Of a stretch of 35,524 bases of DNA, positions 22,177 to 31,774 are shown piece by piece (positions within the stretch are counted from its first letter, which is position 1; each line of letters begins with the position of its first letter). The notes beneath the pieces are model-generated. The model ran no database searches, had not been told where the DNA came from, and was given only the letters and a program-made list of their open reading frames with translations. The stretch is from assembly GCA_012862495.1 (NCBI GenBank), contig BLSG01000162.1, positions 1 through 35,524 of the forward strand, written 5' to 3'. Position numbers and translations under genes: made by a program. The DNA comes from Thraustochytrium aureum (Eukaryota).

Positions 22177-23235
22177 ATGAAGGGCCTCTTGGCCTCTGCA
22201 AAGCATGCCGGAGGTCGCCCCTGGAGGAGTGCGGTTGGGAGGAAAAGGCCGGTGACGGTCAGCCGCCTGGCCCTGCGGGACGGTTCGCAAAGCGTGCTGC
22301 TGAGGTCGGTGAGCGTGGCGAGGCCGTTGAGCGTGGCGACGGCAAGGGGCGGGGAGAGGACACCCTCCTCTGCGGACGGGGGGTGGCAGACCGGAGGCCC
22401 TGCGCTACTGATGACGCCTCTCGAGGGCATCCAAGCAAGCTTGCTCAGCGTGCAGAGCACAATCGGGGCGCCGTGGTGGGCCACGATTGTGATGTGTACG
22501 CTTGCCTTTCGCGCCTGCCTCATCCCCGTCACCGTGATGCAAATGAAGACCGTCAGTGCTCTGATGGGAGGACCCGCCGGGACTTACCTTGGCACCATGA
22601 CCGCCCTCTATGGCAAGGAGCTGGCCAAGCCCAACGTAGACCGGCGCGCGGCCTCCATGATGTACGCAAAGGGCCTTCATGTTGTATTGAAAAAGTTCAA
22701 GATAAACCCTCTCAAGATCGTGGCCGTTCCCGTGGCGCAGGTGAGCGTGCTGATCACGTACATTTGGGCCACCCGAGACTTAATTTCAAACGGCCAGCTG
22801 GACTTGAGCGAGCAGGGGATCCTCTGGTTCAGCGACCTGGCCGCCAAGGACACGACCTTGATTCTACCCATGTGTGCGGTCTTGTGCACGTATTCTTCGC
22901 TCGAGAAATCATTCGGGCGCAAGTTGAGCGAGCCAGGCAAGGAGCTGAAAATCTCGGCGGGCGACATTGTGCGTGAGATCTTCCAGTCTGCGCTTGTGTT
23001 CGGAGTGCCTTTTATTGCGCAGCTGCCGGCGGGCGTGTTTATGTACTGGATTCCCTCGAGCCTCTTTGGCATGGCACAGAGCGCTGCTCTGCGCGACAAT
23101 GGTGTTCGGGGCCTGCTTGGCCTTGTGCCGTTGCGAACAGCCGTCCCAGCAAAGCGCCGCGAACCCGCTGGGGCGCCGAGGGCCGTTCGACAGCCGCTAG
23201 TGTTCCGCGAACGGCAGCCAACGAAGTCGCCATGA
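22177..23235 (+). CDS. Mitochondrial inner-membrane insertase, Oxa1/YidC/Alb3 family (Cox18/Oxa2-like)
   Basis: Motifs: GAPWWATIVMCTLAFRACLIP (conserved Arg), GILWFSDLAAKDTTLILP and LPAGVFMYWIPSS. The N-terminus from ATG 22177 is Arg/Ser-rich and acid-poor, like a mitochondrial presequence. The C-tail is short, which favours Cox18/Oxa2 (inference). Confidence 0.88.
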   Translation: MKGLLASAKHAGGRPWRSAVGRKRPVTVSRLALRDGSQSVLLRSVSVARPLSVATARGGERTPSSADGGWQTGGPALLMTPLEGIQASLLSVQSTIGAPWWATIVMCTLAFRACLIPVTVMQMKTVSALMGGPAGTYLGTMTALYGKELAKPNVDRRAASMMYAKGLHVVLKKFKINPLKIVAVPVAQVSVLITYIWATRDLISNGQLDLSEQGILWFSDLAAKDTTLILPMCAVLCTYSSLEKSFGRKLSEPGKELKISAGDIVREIFQSALVFGVPFIAQLPAGVFMYWIPSSLFGMAQSAALRDNGVRGLLGLVPLRTAVPAKRREPAGAPRAVRQPLVFRERQPTKSP

Positions 23236-23583
23236 CGGACGCCTTTGCGAAGGGTGCATTTGGCCTCCGAGTCTGGCCAGTATGCACCCCGGCTTACTTT
23301 GCACAGACAGACAGTGTTAGCAAGATTCGCCCAAGACGCGCATGGCTCTGGTGCTTTGGGAAGCAGCGACGAGGTGGGGACCGTCTCCGTCCGTGGGCCC
23401 ACTGTTCGGGGTTGCAACAACCAACCGGCGACTTGCGCGAATCGTACGTACGAGGACTTGGACAGCGAGCGCCACGCGGACGCGCAGTGCGGCGCGGGGC
23501 ACATGGCAATGAAACAAAACAAATTCTTCTATTCACGGATCTTGCTCCTGCTAACCAGGACGAACCCGCCTTGGAGGCAAAAT

Positions 23584-25141
23584 CTACATTGAGGCGTTCA
23601 TGAGCATTCGATAAGCGAAGCTCTTGCGCCGTAAGTCGTCGTGCTTGTCCTTTTTCTGGGACTTGAGGGCCTCCTCATCCTGCTCTGTCGACGATGACGA
23701 ACCAAACCACCCCCCTACTAAGGGCAAGTTGTGCAACCACACGGACGGGTCCATCGCAACCGAGACGTACTCGCGCGTGGCAGACCAAGACTCCGAGGCA
23801 TCGAGCATTCCGTCGTGGACCCACCGCCGCATTGAGAGGATGCCTTTGCTGGCCTCGACGCGCGACCGCCGCCGGTTCTCAACCGAGGCAACCGCAGCGT
23901 GCGCGGCTGAAAGCACCGCACGGGACCACAGCTCAGCGTAGACGACGCCGATCACGACAGGCTTGACCGCCACTGCCGCGACCATCGTGAGCGAGTCCTT
24001 GGCGCGGTGGACGCGCAGGTCCATGCCTTCAATGGGCATCCCCGAGCGCGCCTCGTCTGCAGAGATGAGGCCATGGAGCTGCGATGAGTTGAAACTATCC
24101 CCCGACGAAGCCGAGCTGCCACTTCCAGCTCGCATACGCAGCTTTTGCGCAGCCTTGCGACTGCGCACCGAGTACAAGTGCGGGTTGAGCGAGGATCGAG
24201 CGAGACCCGAGGCATGCTCTGAGACTTTGGCGCGCGGCGCGATCGGCTTGATGCGCGCCGGCACTTGCTGCGACTGCGAGCGGGCCAGCGCGAGCGTGCG
24301 CCGGCAGATCTTGAGCTCTGCATAGCCGTTCTTCTCGAGCCAGCACATGCCATCTCGAGCGCCGAGCCAGAAGAGCTCTTCAAACTCTTTCGGGGGCGGT
24401 GGGAGCACCGCCCAATGCACGGGCACGTACCNNNNNNNNNNNNNNNNNNNNNNNNNNNNNNNNNNNNNNNNNNNNNNNNNNNNNNNNNNNNNNNNNNNNN
24501 NNNNNNNNNNNNNNNGGCTTGATGTCGGCGTCCAGGAAGTAGAACGGCGTCGAGGTGATCGTCTTGTCGCTGAGCCGCGGCATGAGCTGGACGAGGCCGC
24601 CGTCGAAGACCCACTTCTGGTGCAAGGCAGGATCGCCGGGGCGCTCGAGCGGGAAAGGCCAACCTGCGAACGGCGACATCGTGCAGCTCGCCATTACGGC
24701 CTCAAGGTACTCTTGGTTCGAGGCAAACTCGTTGACGATCACGCCCTTGAGGGAGGGAAGCAGCGTGATGGCCACGTTGAGCTTGCCGCTGCGCAGGCCG
24801 TCGTGCCGGAAGGTCTCCGAGTCCATGCACCGGAGCACGCAGTTGCGGGCGTAGTCGGCCATGTTGAACATGTTGCGTACCGGGTTGCGGTGGTAGTCTG
24901 CGCAGCAGCGCGTCATGAACTGCGCAAGCAGCATAGCATCCACGTCGAGCGCGAGCGCCGCGCTCACAGCGGCGCCACCGCTGCTTCCCACAAACTTGGC
25001 ATCCGCATCTCGGATCCCGTGCCGCTGGAACGCGTAGGCGATCCCCAACCCGTGCACCATCAGCCAGCCAGAGGCCGAGAACGAAAGCTCCAAACCGTCG
25101 AACGGGTGCGCAGCTCGCGCGGCGTCGTCTGCTTCGCCCAT
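23584..25141 (-). CDS. Patatin-like phospholipase / triacylglycerol lipase (PNPLA2/ATGL-like), split by gap 24432-24515
   Basis: Motifs: LSFSASGWL..HGLG (oxyanion loop region), FVGSSGGA (GxSxG nucleophile), VMASCTMSP and WVFDGGL (DGG). After the gap come YVPVHWAVLPPP and LFWLGARDG, then a Ser/Arg-rich linker and a hydrophobic stretch (MVAAVAVKPVVIGVVYAELW). The start codon is tentative. Confidence 0.85.
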
Positions 25142-25827
25142 ACTTTCACCGGGCCCAACTATAAACCCCTTCCTTCCTCCCTCAACTCTGCGCAGCGCAG
25201 GCAGTAGCGGACAGCAGAGTCTCCAGTGCACTTTCTCACCTGCCTGTGCGGCTGCGCGCCAGCCAGCTCGTGCGACGTGGCGTTCGGGGTCTGCTGGACT
25301 ATGTCCAAGTCGCGCGCCGCCTCGGCCTCGATGCAACTCTTGAAAGCGCGCGGAAGGCAAGGGTGCGTGCGGAAATCAGTACGTACTCGTGCACTGCCAG
25401 CACACCGGCTTCGCACTAACGCCGCTCGCTTCGGCCTCCGACGGGCCGCGCCGCTGCGCCCTTTCCAATGGGGTGCTGGCCAGGAGAATACGACGAGAAC
25501 GCACGAGGAGACGCCACGCGCCCCTGCCCCGCATGCAGAGCTGGCCGGACTCAACGAAGCGCCGGTCGATCGCGGGCCTTTGCTGATGTGGCGCTCGGCA
25601 GCTGCGGGACGGGATGACGCAGCGGCGCGGTGACGTCGTCCGCCAACGCGCAGGCTGCGACGGCGCATCTTAGTGTTACAAGCCTTCTGCGGCGGGGCGC
25701 GCGGCCCGCTATTCATCCTCCTCCTCAAGCCGCCAGCGCCGTTCCACGCGATGCTCGGGGCATCCTCTGGAGGCGCCAGAGATCGGACGCCAGCCGCAGG
25801 GGTGTGCAGGCTGGTTCGTGCGAGTTC

Positions 25828-27861
25828 ATGCAGACTGCTGCTGCTGCGGTGGCCCCTGGTCCTCCCTCCTCGAGCTCATTGCCCGACCCACCTGACTCGG
25901 ACTCTCCTGATTGGCTCAACAGACTGGAGCTGTGCTGGCTCCTGGGCGTGCAGCGGCAGCTGCGCGGCTCATCCGTCGCCGAGGACGAGCAGCTGGCTGA
26001 GCAGGGCTCTTCGAAACGCGTCCAGGCGCGAGACTCGAGGGCCAGCCCGCCCCGGTACGAGTACTTCCCGCTCTCTCTCTCGAGTCCTCCACGCGGTGCT
26101 TGGGCGGACGCGGCCCGCGCCGGTACGGGCCACGGCTCGAAAAGATGGTTTTCGAGCGGGTCTCCAGGCGCCTCTCGCGCCGCCGAGACGCCAGCGCCGT
26201 GGCAAGGTCTGTCAAGCTCGCCAAGAACGGGCTGGAAGACCTGCTCGGCGAGCAAGAAGCTCCCCGCCTCGGTGCGCAACTCGATGCAGGTCCAGCAGGC
26301 TCTCCAGCAGTTGACAGAGGCGATCGAGGTGATGGACAGGGACTCGGCCGAAGGCGTCCTTGCCGCCACGAAGGCGTTCGAGGAGCTGCAGTCCGCCTCG
26401 AAGAGCGCGAAGGAAGAGCTGGAGGCAAAGGGCGACCCAGAGCCCCCGAGCTCGGCTGCGCTGGCGACGGGAGGCAGAAGCCTGAACGTCGCAACCGTGC
26501 AGTTCAAGCCCGCCCCGAAACACGTCGTGCAGACCTCGGCGAAGCGCGCCACCGGCGAGCTTGTTGAACTCACAAAATGCGACCTTCTGTACGGCGAAAC
26601 GGCGACAATCGACGGCCTTTGGGTTTTCAAGGACGCGATCGACCCGCAAGCGCTCCGTAAAGGGCTCGCCAAGTTCCTGGAGGAGGCCCCGTCCTTTGCA
26701 GGCCGGATCGAACCTGAGTCCGGCGGGATTCGCATCAGCAACAAGGGCGTCCCGCTCACACTACAGTACGCTTCCGGGTCGTACAAAGACGTCGCGGAGG
26801 ACCCGAGCCCACGCGAGGACTGGCTCGACAAGCGAAAGCTCGAACAGATCTGGCTCGGGCTTGAGCCAATCATGACAGTCTGCCTCACGCAGCTCCGCGA
26901 CGGCGGCTCGGTCCTCGGTGTCGTGGTGAGCCACGGGGCCGCTGGGGGGCAGGGTTGGTTTGGAACCTGCATGCCGCGGTTCGCTGCGCTTGTACGCGAA
27001 GCTGCAGGCCAAGACCCTGTTGAGAAGGGGCTTGGCTCGGTTGTTCCGGTAGAGGACCGGTCCATGCTGCCGAAGGGCACTCGGACGCCAGAGGAAGTGG
27101 CGCAGCTCGTCAAGACGCTCCGGTACAAGCCGCTCGACTTTAACGATCCGCTCGTCGGCGGACTGAAGAGGTCAATGTTTTACTACTCGCTCAAGAGCGC
27201 CGTGGGGCGGCCGCGCGTCCTCGTCCACTATGCGCCTGCCGAGCTCGAGGCCGTCAAGGCCGCGGCGCTGGCCGGCTGCTCCAGGGCCAAGTGGCTCTCC
27301 ACTGGCGAGGCGGTTGCTGCCCACATCGTGCGCGTCATGTCCAAGTTTTGCCCCAGCCCGGCCCTGCGGCCAAACCACATCGCCTGCATCTTGGACCACA
27401 TGGCCTTTGTGGGTCTCCCAGCGGGAGTTGTTGCAAACACGTTTTACCTGTACTCGTGCGAGCTTGAGCGCCCAGCGGACGAGATGACGCTGGGCGAGGT
27501 CGCCGACGCGCTGCACGCGCGGATCCGTGAGGTCGTCGGGGACAAGGAAGGCATGCTGAACGAGATGCGCTTGCAGGAAGACCTGATCCGCTGCAACTAC
27601 CAGCCAAACCCAGAGCTCAAGGTCTCCCTGCCGTTTGTCTTCAACAACCAGTCCAAGTTCAAGCCGCTCGTGCAGCTCGACTTTGGCACGGGGGTTGCGG
27701 CTCGGTACATCCCGCATGCCGCCGGCGACAGTTTGCTCTGCGTTCCGGCCAGGGACGGCGGGATGGACATTTGGCTCTCCACTGTGAACGCACTCGTGGG
27801 CGATCCCACGCGGCTTGCGGGGCCCGACGCCCAAGAGCTCTTGCACGAGTTTTGTCCCTAG
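25828..27861 (+). CDS. CoA-dependent acyltransferase of the BAHD/'Transferase' type with a non-canonical HXXXG motif. Start uncertain (25828 or 26284)
   Basis: Order of motifs fits the family: ELTKCDL, LRKGLAKFL..PSFAGRI, NKGVPL, TVCLTQLRDGGSVLGVVVSHGAAGG, WLSTGEAVAAHI, LPAGVVAN and LDFGTG (DFGWG-like). Confidence 0.8.
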   Translation: MQTAAAAVAPGPPSSSSLPDPPDSDSPDWLNRLELCWLLGVQRQLRGSSVAEDEQLAEQGSSKRVQARDSRASPPRYEYFPLSLSSPPRGAWADAARAGTGHGSKRWFSSGSPGASRAAETPAPWQGLSSSPRTGWKTCSASKKLPASVRNSMQVQQALQQLTEAIEVMDRDSAEGVLAATKAFEELQSASKSAKEELEAKGDPEPPSSAALATGGRSLNVATVQFKPAPKHVVQTSAKRATGELVELTKCDLLYGETATIDGLWVFKDAIDPQALRKGLAKFLEEAPSFAGRIEPESGGIRISNKGVPLTLQYASGSYKDVAEDPSPREDWLDKRKLEQIWLGLEPIMTVCLTQLRDGGSVLGVVVSHGAAGGQGWFGTCMPRFAALVREAAGQDPVEKGLGSVVPVEDRSMLPKGTRTPEEVAQLVKTLRYKPLDFNDPLVGGLKRSMFYYSLKSAVGRPRVLVHYAPAELEAVKAAALAGCSRAKWLSTGEAVAAHIVRVMSKFCPSPALRPNHIACILDHMAFVGLPAGVVANTFYLYSCELERPADEMTLGEVADALHARIREVVGDKEGMLNEMRLQEDLIRCNYQPNPELKVSLPFVFNNQSKFKPLVQLDFGTGVAARYIPHAAGDSLLCVPARDGGMDIWLSTVNALVGDPTRLAGPDAQELLHEFCP

Positions 27862-27991
27862 AGCGTGGGCTTGCAGGCCGGCGCTTTTGGGCGCACCAGC
27901 GTGTGCGCCCGCATTGTAGCGAGTACCAAAAACCAAACCTCCGCATTAAAAGCGAGCGCGAGTTGGGGCTCTCAGCGCCCACACCTGCACG

Positions 27992-28200
27992 TCACTCCGG
28001 GGCAGCCTTCTTGCACAGCTTGGCCACAAAAAGGCCGCTCGTCCCGCTGGCCACGGGATCGAAGCGCACCGTCCCCTTTAGAGTCGCGCTCCTGACGAAG
28101 GGGACGTCGGCCGCCGCGCCAGGCAACCTCGCCATTTCTGCAAGGTCGACGAGCTCGGCGTCCTCGCACTCTTCGAGCAGCCAAGACACCACCTCCTCAT
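27992..28200 (-). CDS. C-terminal fragment of a NOL1/NOP2/Sun (RsmB/NSUN) RNA m5C methyltransferase; the rest is presumably in gap 28201-28847
   Basis: Reads (N)EEVVSWLLEE...TVRFDPVASGTSGLFVAKLCKK. This matches the family's ENExVV helix and the C-terminal RxxP..xGFFxAxLxK motif. The catalytic Cys motifs are not visible. Confidence 0.7.
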
Positions 28201-29020
28201 NNNNNNNNNNNNNNNNNNNNNNNNNNNNNNNNNNNNNNNNNNNNNNNNNNNNNNNNNNNNNNNNNNNNNNNNNNNNNNNNNNNNNNNNNNNNNNNNNNNN
28301 NNNNNNNNNNNNNNNNNNNNNNNNNNNNNNNNNNNNNNNNNNNNNNNNNNNNNNNNNNNNNNNNNNNNNNNNNNNNNNNNNNNNNNNNNNNNNNNNNNNN
28401 NNNNNNNNNNNNNNNNNNNNNNNNNNNNNNNNNNNNNNNNNNNNNNNNNNNNNNNNNNNNNNNNNNNNNNNNNNNNNNNNNNNNNNNNNNNNNNNNNNNN
28501 NNNNNNNNNNNNNNNNNNNNNNNNNNNNNNNNNNNNNNNNNNNNNNNNNNNNNNNNNNNNNNNNNNNNNNNNNNNNNNNNNNNNNNNNNNNNNNNNNNNN
28601 NNNNNNNNNNNNNNNNNNNNNNNNNNNNNNNNNNNNNNNNNNNNNNNNNNNNNNNNNNNNNNNNNNNNNNNNNNNNNNNNNNNNNNNNNNNNNNNNNNNN
28701 NNNNNNNNNNNNNNNNNNNNNNNNNNNNNNNNNNNNNNNNNNNNNNNNNNNNNNNNNNNNNNNNNNNNNNNNNNNNNNNNNNNNNNNNNNNNNNNNNNNN
28801 NNNNNNNNNNNNNNNNNNNNNNNNNNNNNNNNNNNNNNNNNNNNNNNGCCCTGGCTGGCTGGCTGGCCGGCGGGTGGAGCGAAGGCAGTTCTGGTGCGGG
28901 GCGAAGCGGGTGTTGGGCGGGTCGGGCGAAGCGGCTGGCTGGGTGGGGGTGGGTGGAGGCAGGAGCGCGGGGTCGTCCAGAGGAGCTCGTGGCGGGCAGA
29001 AGAGCTCGTGGCGGGCAGGC

Positions 29021-29060
29021 TTGGTTTGTTTGTTTGTTGGTTGGTTGGTTGGTTGGTTTG
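29021..29060. repeat. (GTTT)n/(GGTT)n microsatellite upstream of the CCA-adding enzyme core
   Basis: ttggtttgtttgtttgttggttggttggttggttggtttg. Confidence 0.8.
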
Positions 29061-29140
29061 AGGGGAGGGAGGGAGGCAAAGTGGCTTGGCGCGCCGCCCT
29101 CGGCAGGGCTCGAGGAGCGCGGCCCACCCTGCGCGCGAGG

Positions 29141-30959
29141 ATGCTGGCCGCCGGAGTGGACGGGCACGGTGGAAGCAGGAAGAGGGCGAGGAACGGGGAA
29201 GGGGAGCGCGCTCGTGGAGCTGAGGCCGACGCCTGATGAAGAGGAGCTGTTTGAGGAGCTGCGGAAGGCTGTGTCGAGCGCCGGCGTGAGCACCACGGTG
29301 CGCGTGGCGGGAGGCTGGGTTCGGGACAAGCTGATGGGCCGCGAATCGCACGATATCGACATCGCGGTCGACGACATGACAGGCGTTGCTTTCGCAGAGC
29401 TCGTGAACAGCCACCTCGTGCAGTCAGGCCGCAAAACGTCAAAGATCGGGCTCATCCAGGCCAACCCAGACCAGAGCAAGCACCTCGAGACGGCAGCGCT
29501 GACGGTGCTCGGCAACTGCGTCGACATCGTCAACCTGCGCAGCGAGGAGTACCAAGACTCGAGCAGAATACCAACGATCAAATTCGGCACGCCACTTGAG
29601 GACGCCGAGCGCCGCGACTTTACCATCAACGCGCTGTTCTACAATGTGAACCAGCGCACTGTGGAGGATTTCACCGGACTCGGGATGAGAGATCTTCGCA
29701 AGGGCGTGATTCGAACGCCACTCCCCCCTGCGCAGACTTTCCGGGACGACCCGTTGCGCATGCTCCGCGCGATTCGCTTCGCGTCGAGGTTCAACTTTGA
29801 CCTGGACAGCGCCGTGCAAGCAGCCCTTGTCCAGGAGGCCAACATGGAGGCTCTTGCGAGCAAAATCAGCCGAGAGCGCGTCGGCGCTGAGCTGAGCGCC
29901 ATGCTGTCAGGGCCGGCGCCACTGCTTGCCCTCGACTTGCTGGCAAAGTTTGGGTTCTTCCCGACCATTTTCAAAGCCCCCCAATACGCTGCCCAGCCCG
30001 CAAACACAACCAATCACATGGCCTCGCTCGCGGTGGCCAGCAAGCAGATGCTGCAGGGCATCGATCCTGCAGAGGCCAGTGACGACGTGGAGTCGTGCGC
30101 AGAGGCGCTCGCAGCGGTAGACTGGTCAGCGCGCGTTCGAGTGGCGCATGGCCTGTTCACCGCCGTCGAGAGCGACCGCTTTGCTTCCCGGGCCGCAGCC
30201 GCGCGGCTGGAGCCAGGGGTGCTCCCCTTAGCTGCAGCACTCCATAGCTTTGGCGACCTCAAGGCTCCCAATGCGAAATGCAAGCCCGAACCGTACGTGA
30301 TCCTCCTCCTGCGAGATTCGCTCAAGCTCAAGACATCGGTGGCCACTTGCGTTCTGGAAATCGTCAAAGCAGCGCCAAAGCTCGTCGACCTTGCCGCTCG
30401 GCACGCGTCCGCTTGCGACGCGCCAGAGGCCTCTGCAGCGGATACAGCGCTCTGCGAGGAGACCGGTCGGCTTTTGTTTGAGGTCGGGGAAAAGTTTCAT
30501 GTTGCGATGTGCCTTGCCGCTGTCACTGACCCGGCGAAAGCGCCGTCTCTTGAAGAGCTGTACAAGCACATTCTTGAAGAGTGGAATCTTGGCGGCCTCT
30601 GGGACGAGCCAATGCCCTTCAGTGGCAAGTTACTCATTGAGGCCATGGGCTTCAAGAAAGGTGGCCCCTTCATTGGCGACCTCATGGATTTGCAGCGCAA
30701 GTGGGTCACGCTCAACAAGCGAATCGGGCCTCTCGCACCGCGCCACGACGACCTTCGAATGTATCTCCTTGAAAACAAAGAGGCTGCCGTTCGTCGGCAC
30801 GAGGAGGCCCGAGAGCTTGCTCGCCAACACCGCGAGGAGGAGCTCGCACGGCGCAAGGTGGAAAAGGCTAGACTCCGCGAGGAGAAAGAGAGCCAGGATT
30901 TGGCGGCCGATGGTAGCAACAGCAAAAGCAGCAGTCACACTGAGTCTGAACAGCAATGA
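29141..30959 (+). CDS. CCA1: Class II CCA tRNA nucleotidyltransferase. The 5' end needs a +1 frame correction at ~29195-29204 or an upstream exon
   Basis: Motifs: RVAGGWVRDKLMG..HDIDIA (motif A, DxD), ANPDQSKHLETA, DIVNLRSEEY..SRIP..FGTPLEDAERRDFTINALFYN, DDPLRMLRAIRFASRF and KISRERVGAE. No in-frame ATG lies between the gap and motif A; the nearest ATG (29141) is out of frame by one base. Confidence 0.92.
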
Positions 30960-31774
30960 GGTGACGCCCGGCTGCAGGATCGAATTTGATTGGAAAAAAA
31001 AAGGTGTGGGTAAATGGGTTCTGTTCGGGTTTGCCAATCTTCTAGTTCGCCTTTTGGGATTCGTTCGGGTTTCTTTCNNNNNNNNNNNNNNNNNNNNNNN
31101 NNNNNNNNNNNNNNNNNNNNNNNNNNNNNNNNNNNNNNNNNNNNNNNNNNNNNNNNNNNNNNNNNNNNNNNNNNNNNNNNNNNNNNNNNNNNNNNNNNNN
31201 NNNNNNNNNNNNNNNNNNNNNNNNNNNNNNNNNNNNNNNNNNNNNNNNNNNNNNNNNNNNNNNNNNNNNNNNNNNNNNNNNNNNNNNNNNNNNNNNNNNN
31301 NNNNNNNNNNNNNNNNNNNNNNNNNNNNNNNNNNNNNNNNNNNNNNNNNNNNNNNNNNNNNNNNNNNNNNNNNNNNNNNNNNNNNNNNNNNNNNNNNNNN
31401 NNNNNNNNNNNNNNNNNNNNNNNNNNNNNNNNNNNNNNNNNNNNNNNNNNNNNNNNNNNNNNNNNNNNNNNNNNNNNNNNNNNNNNNNNNNNNNNNNNNN
31501 NNNNNNNNNNNNNNNNNNNNNNNNNNNNNNNNNNNNNNNNNNNNNNNNNNNNNNNNNNNNNNNNNNNNNNNNNNNNNNNNNNNNNNNNNNNNNNNNNNNN
31601 NNNNNNNNNNNNNNNNNNNNNNNNNNNNNNNNNNNNNNNNNNNNNNNNNNNNNNNNNNNNNNNNNNNNNNNNNNNNNNNNNNNNNNNNNNNNNNNNNNNN
31701 NNNNNNNNNNNNNNNNNNNNNNNNNNNNNNNNNNNNNNNNNNNNNNNNNNNNNNNNNNNNNNNNNNNNNNNNNN

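Noticed and set aside
23232..23603. Short + strand ORFs (115-123 aa) between Cox18-like and patatin genes
   Set aside because: No recognisable domain, and they overlap neighbouring gene ends. They are most likely 3' UTR sequence.
25159..25239. Candidate 81-nt intron (CAG|GTGAGA...TTTATAG) upstream of the patatin ATG
   Set aside because: The donor is good, but it is in frame and stop-free, and no convincing upstream coding exon was found. It cannot be resolved from sequence alone.
27771..30959. 1062-aa ORF and other ORFs spanning N-gaps, implying large fusions
   Set aside because: These are artefacts of translating through Ns; the flanks belong to different genes or to non-coding DNA.
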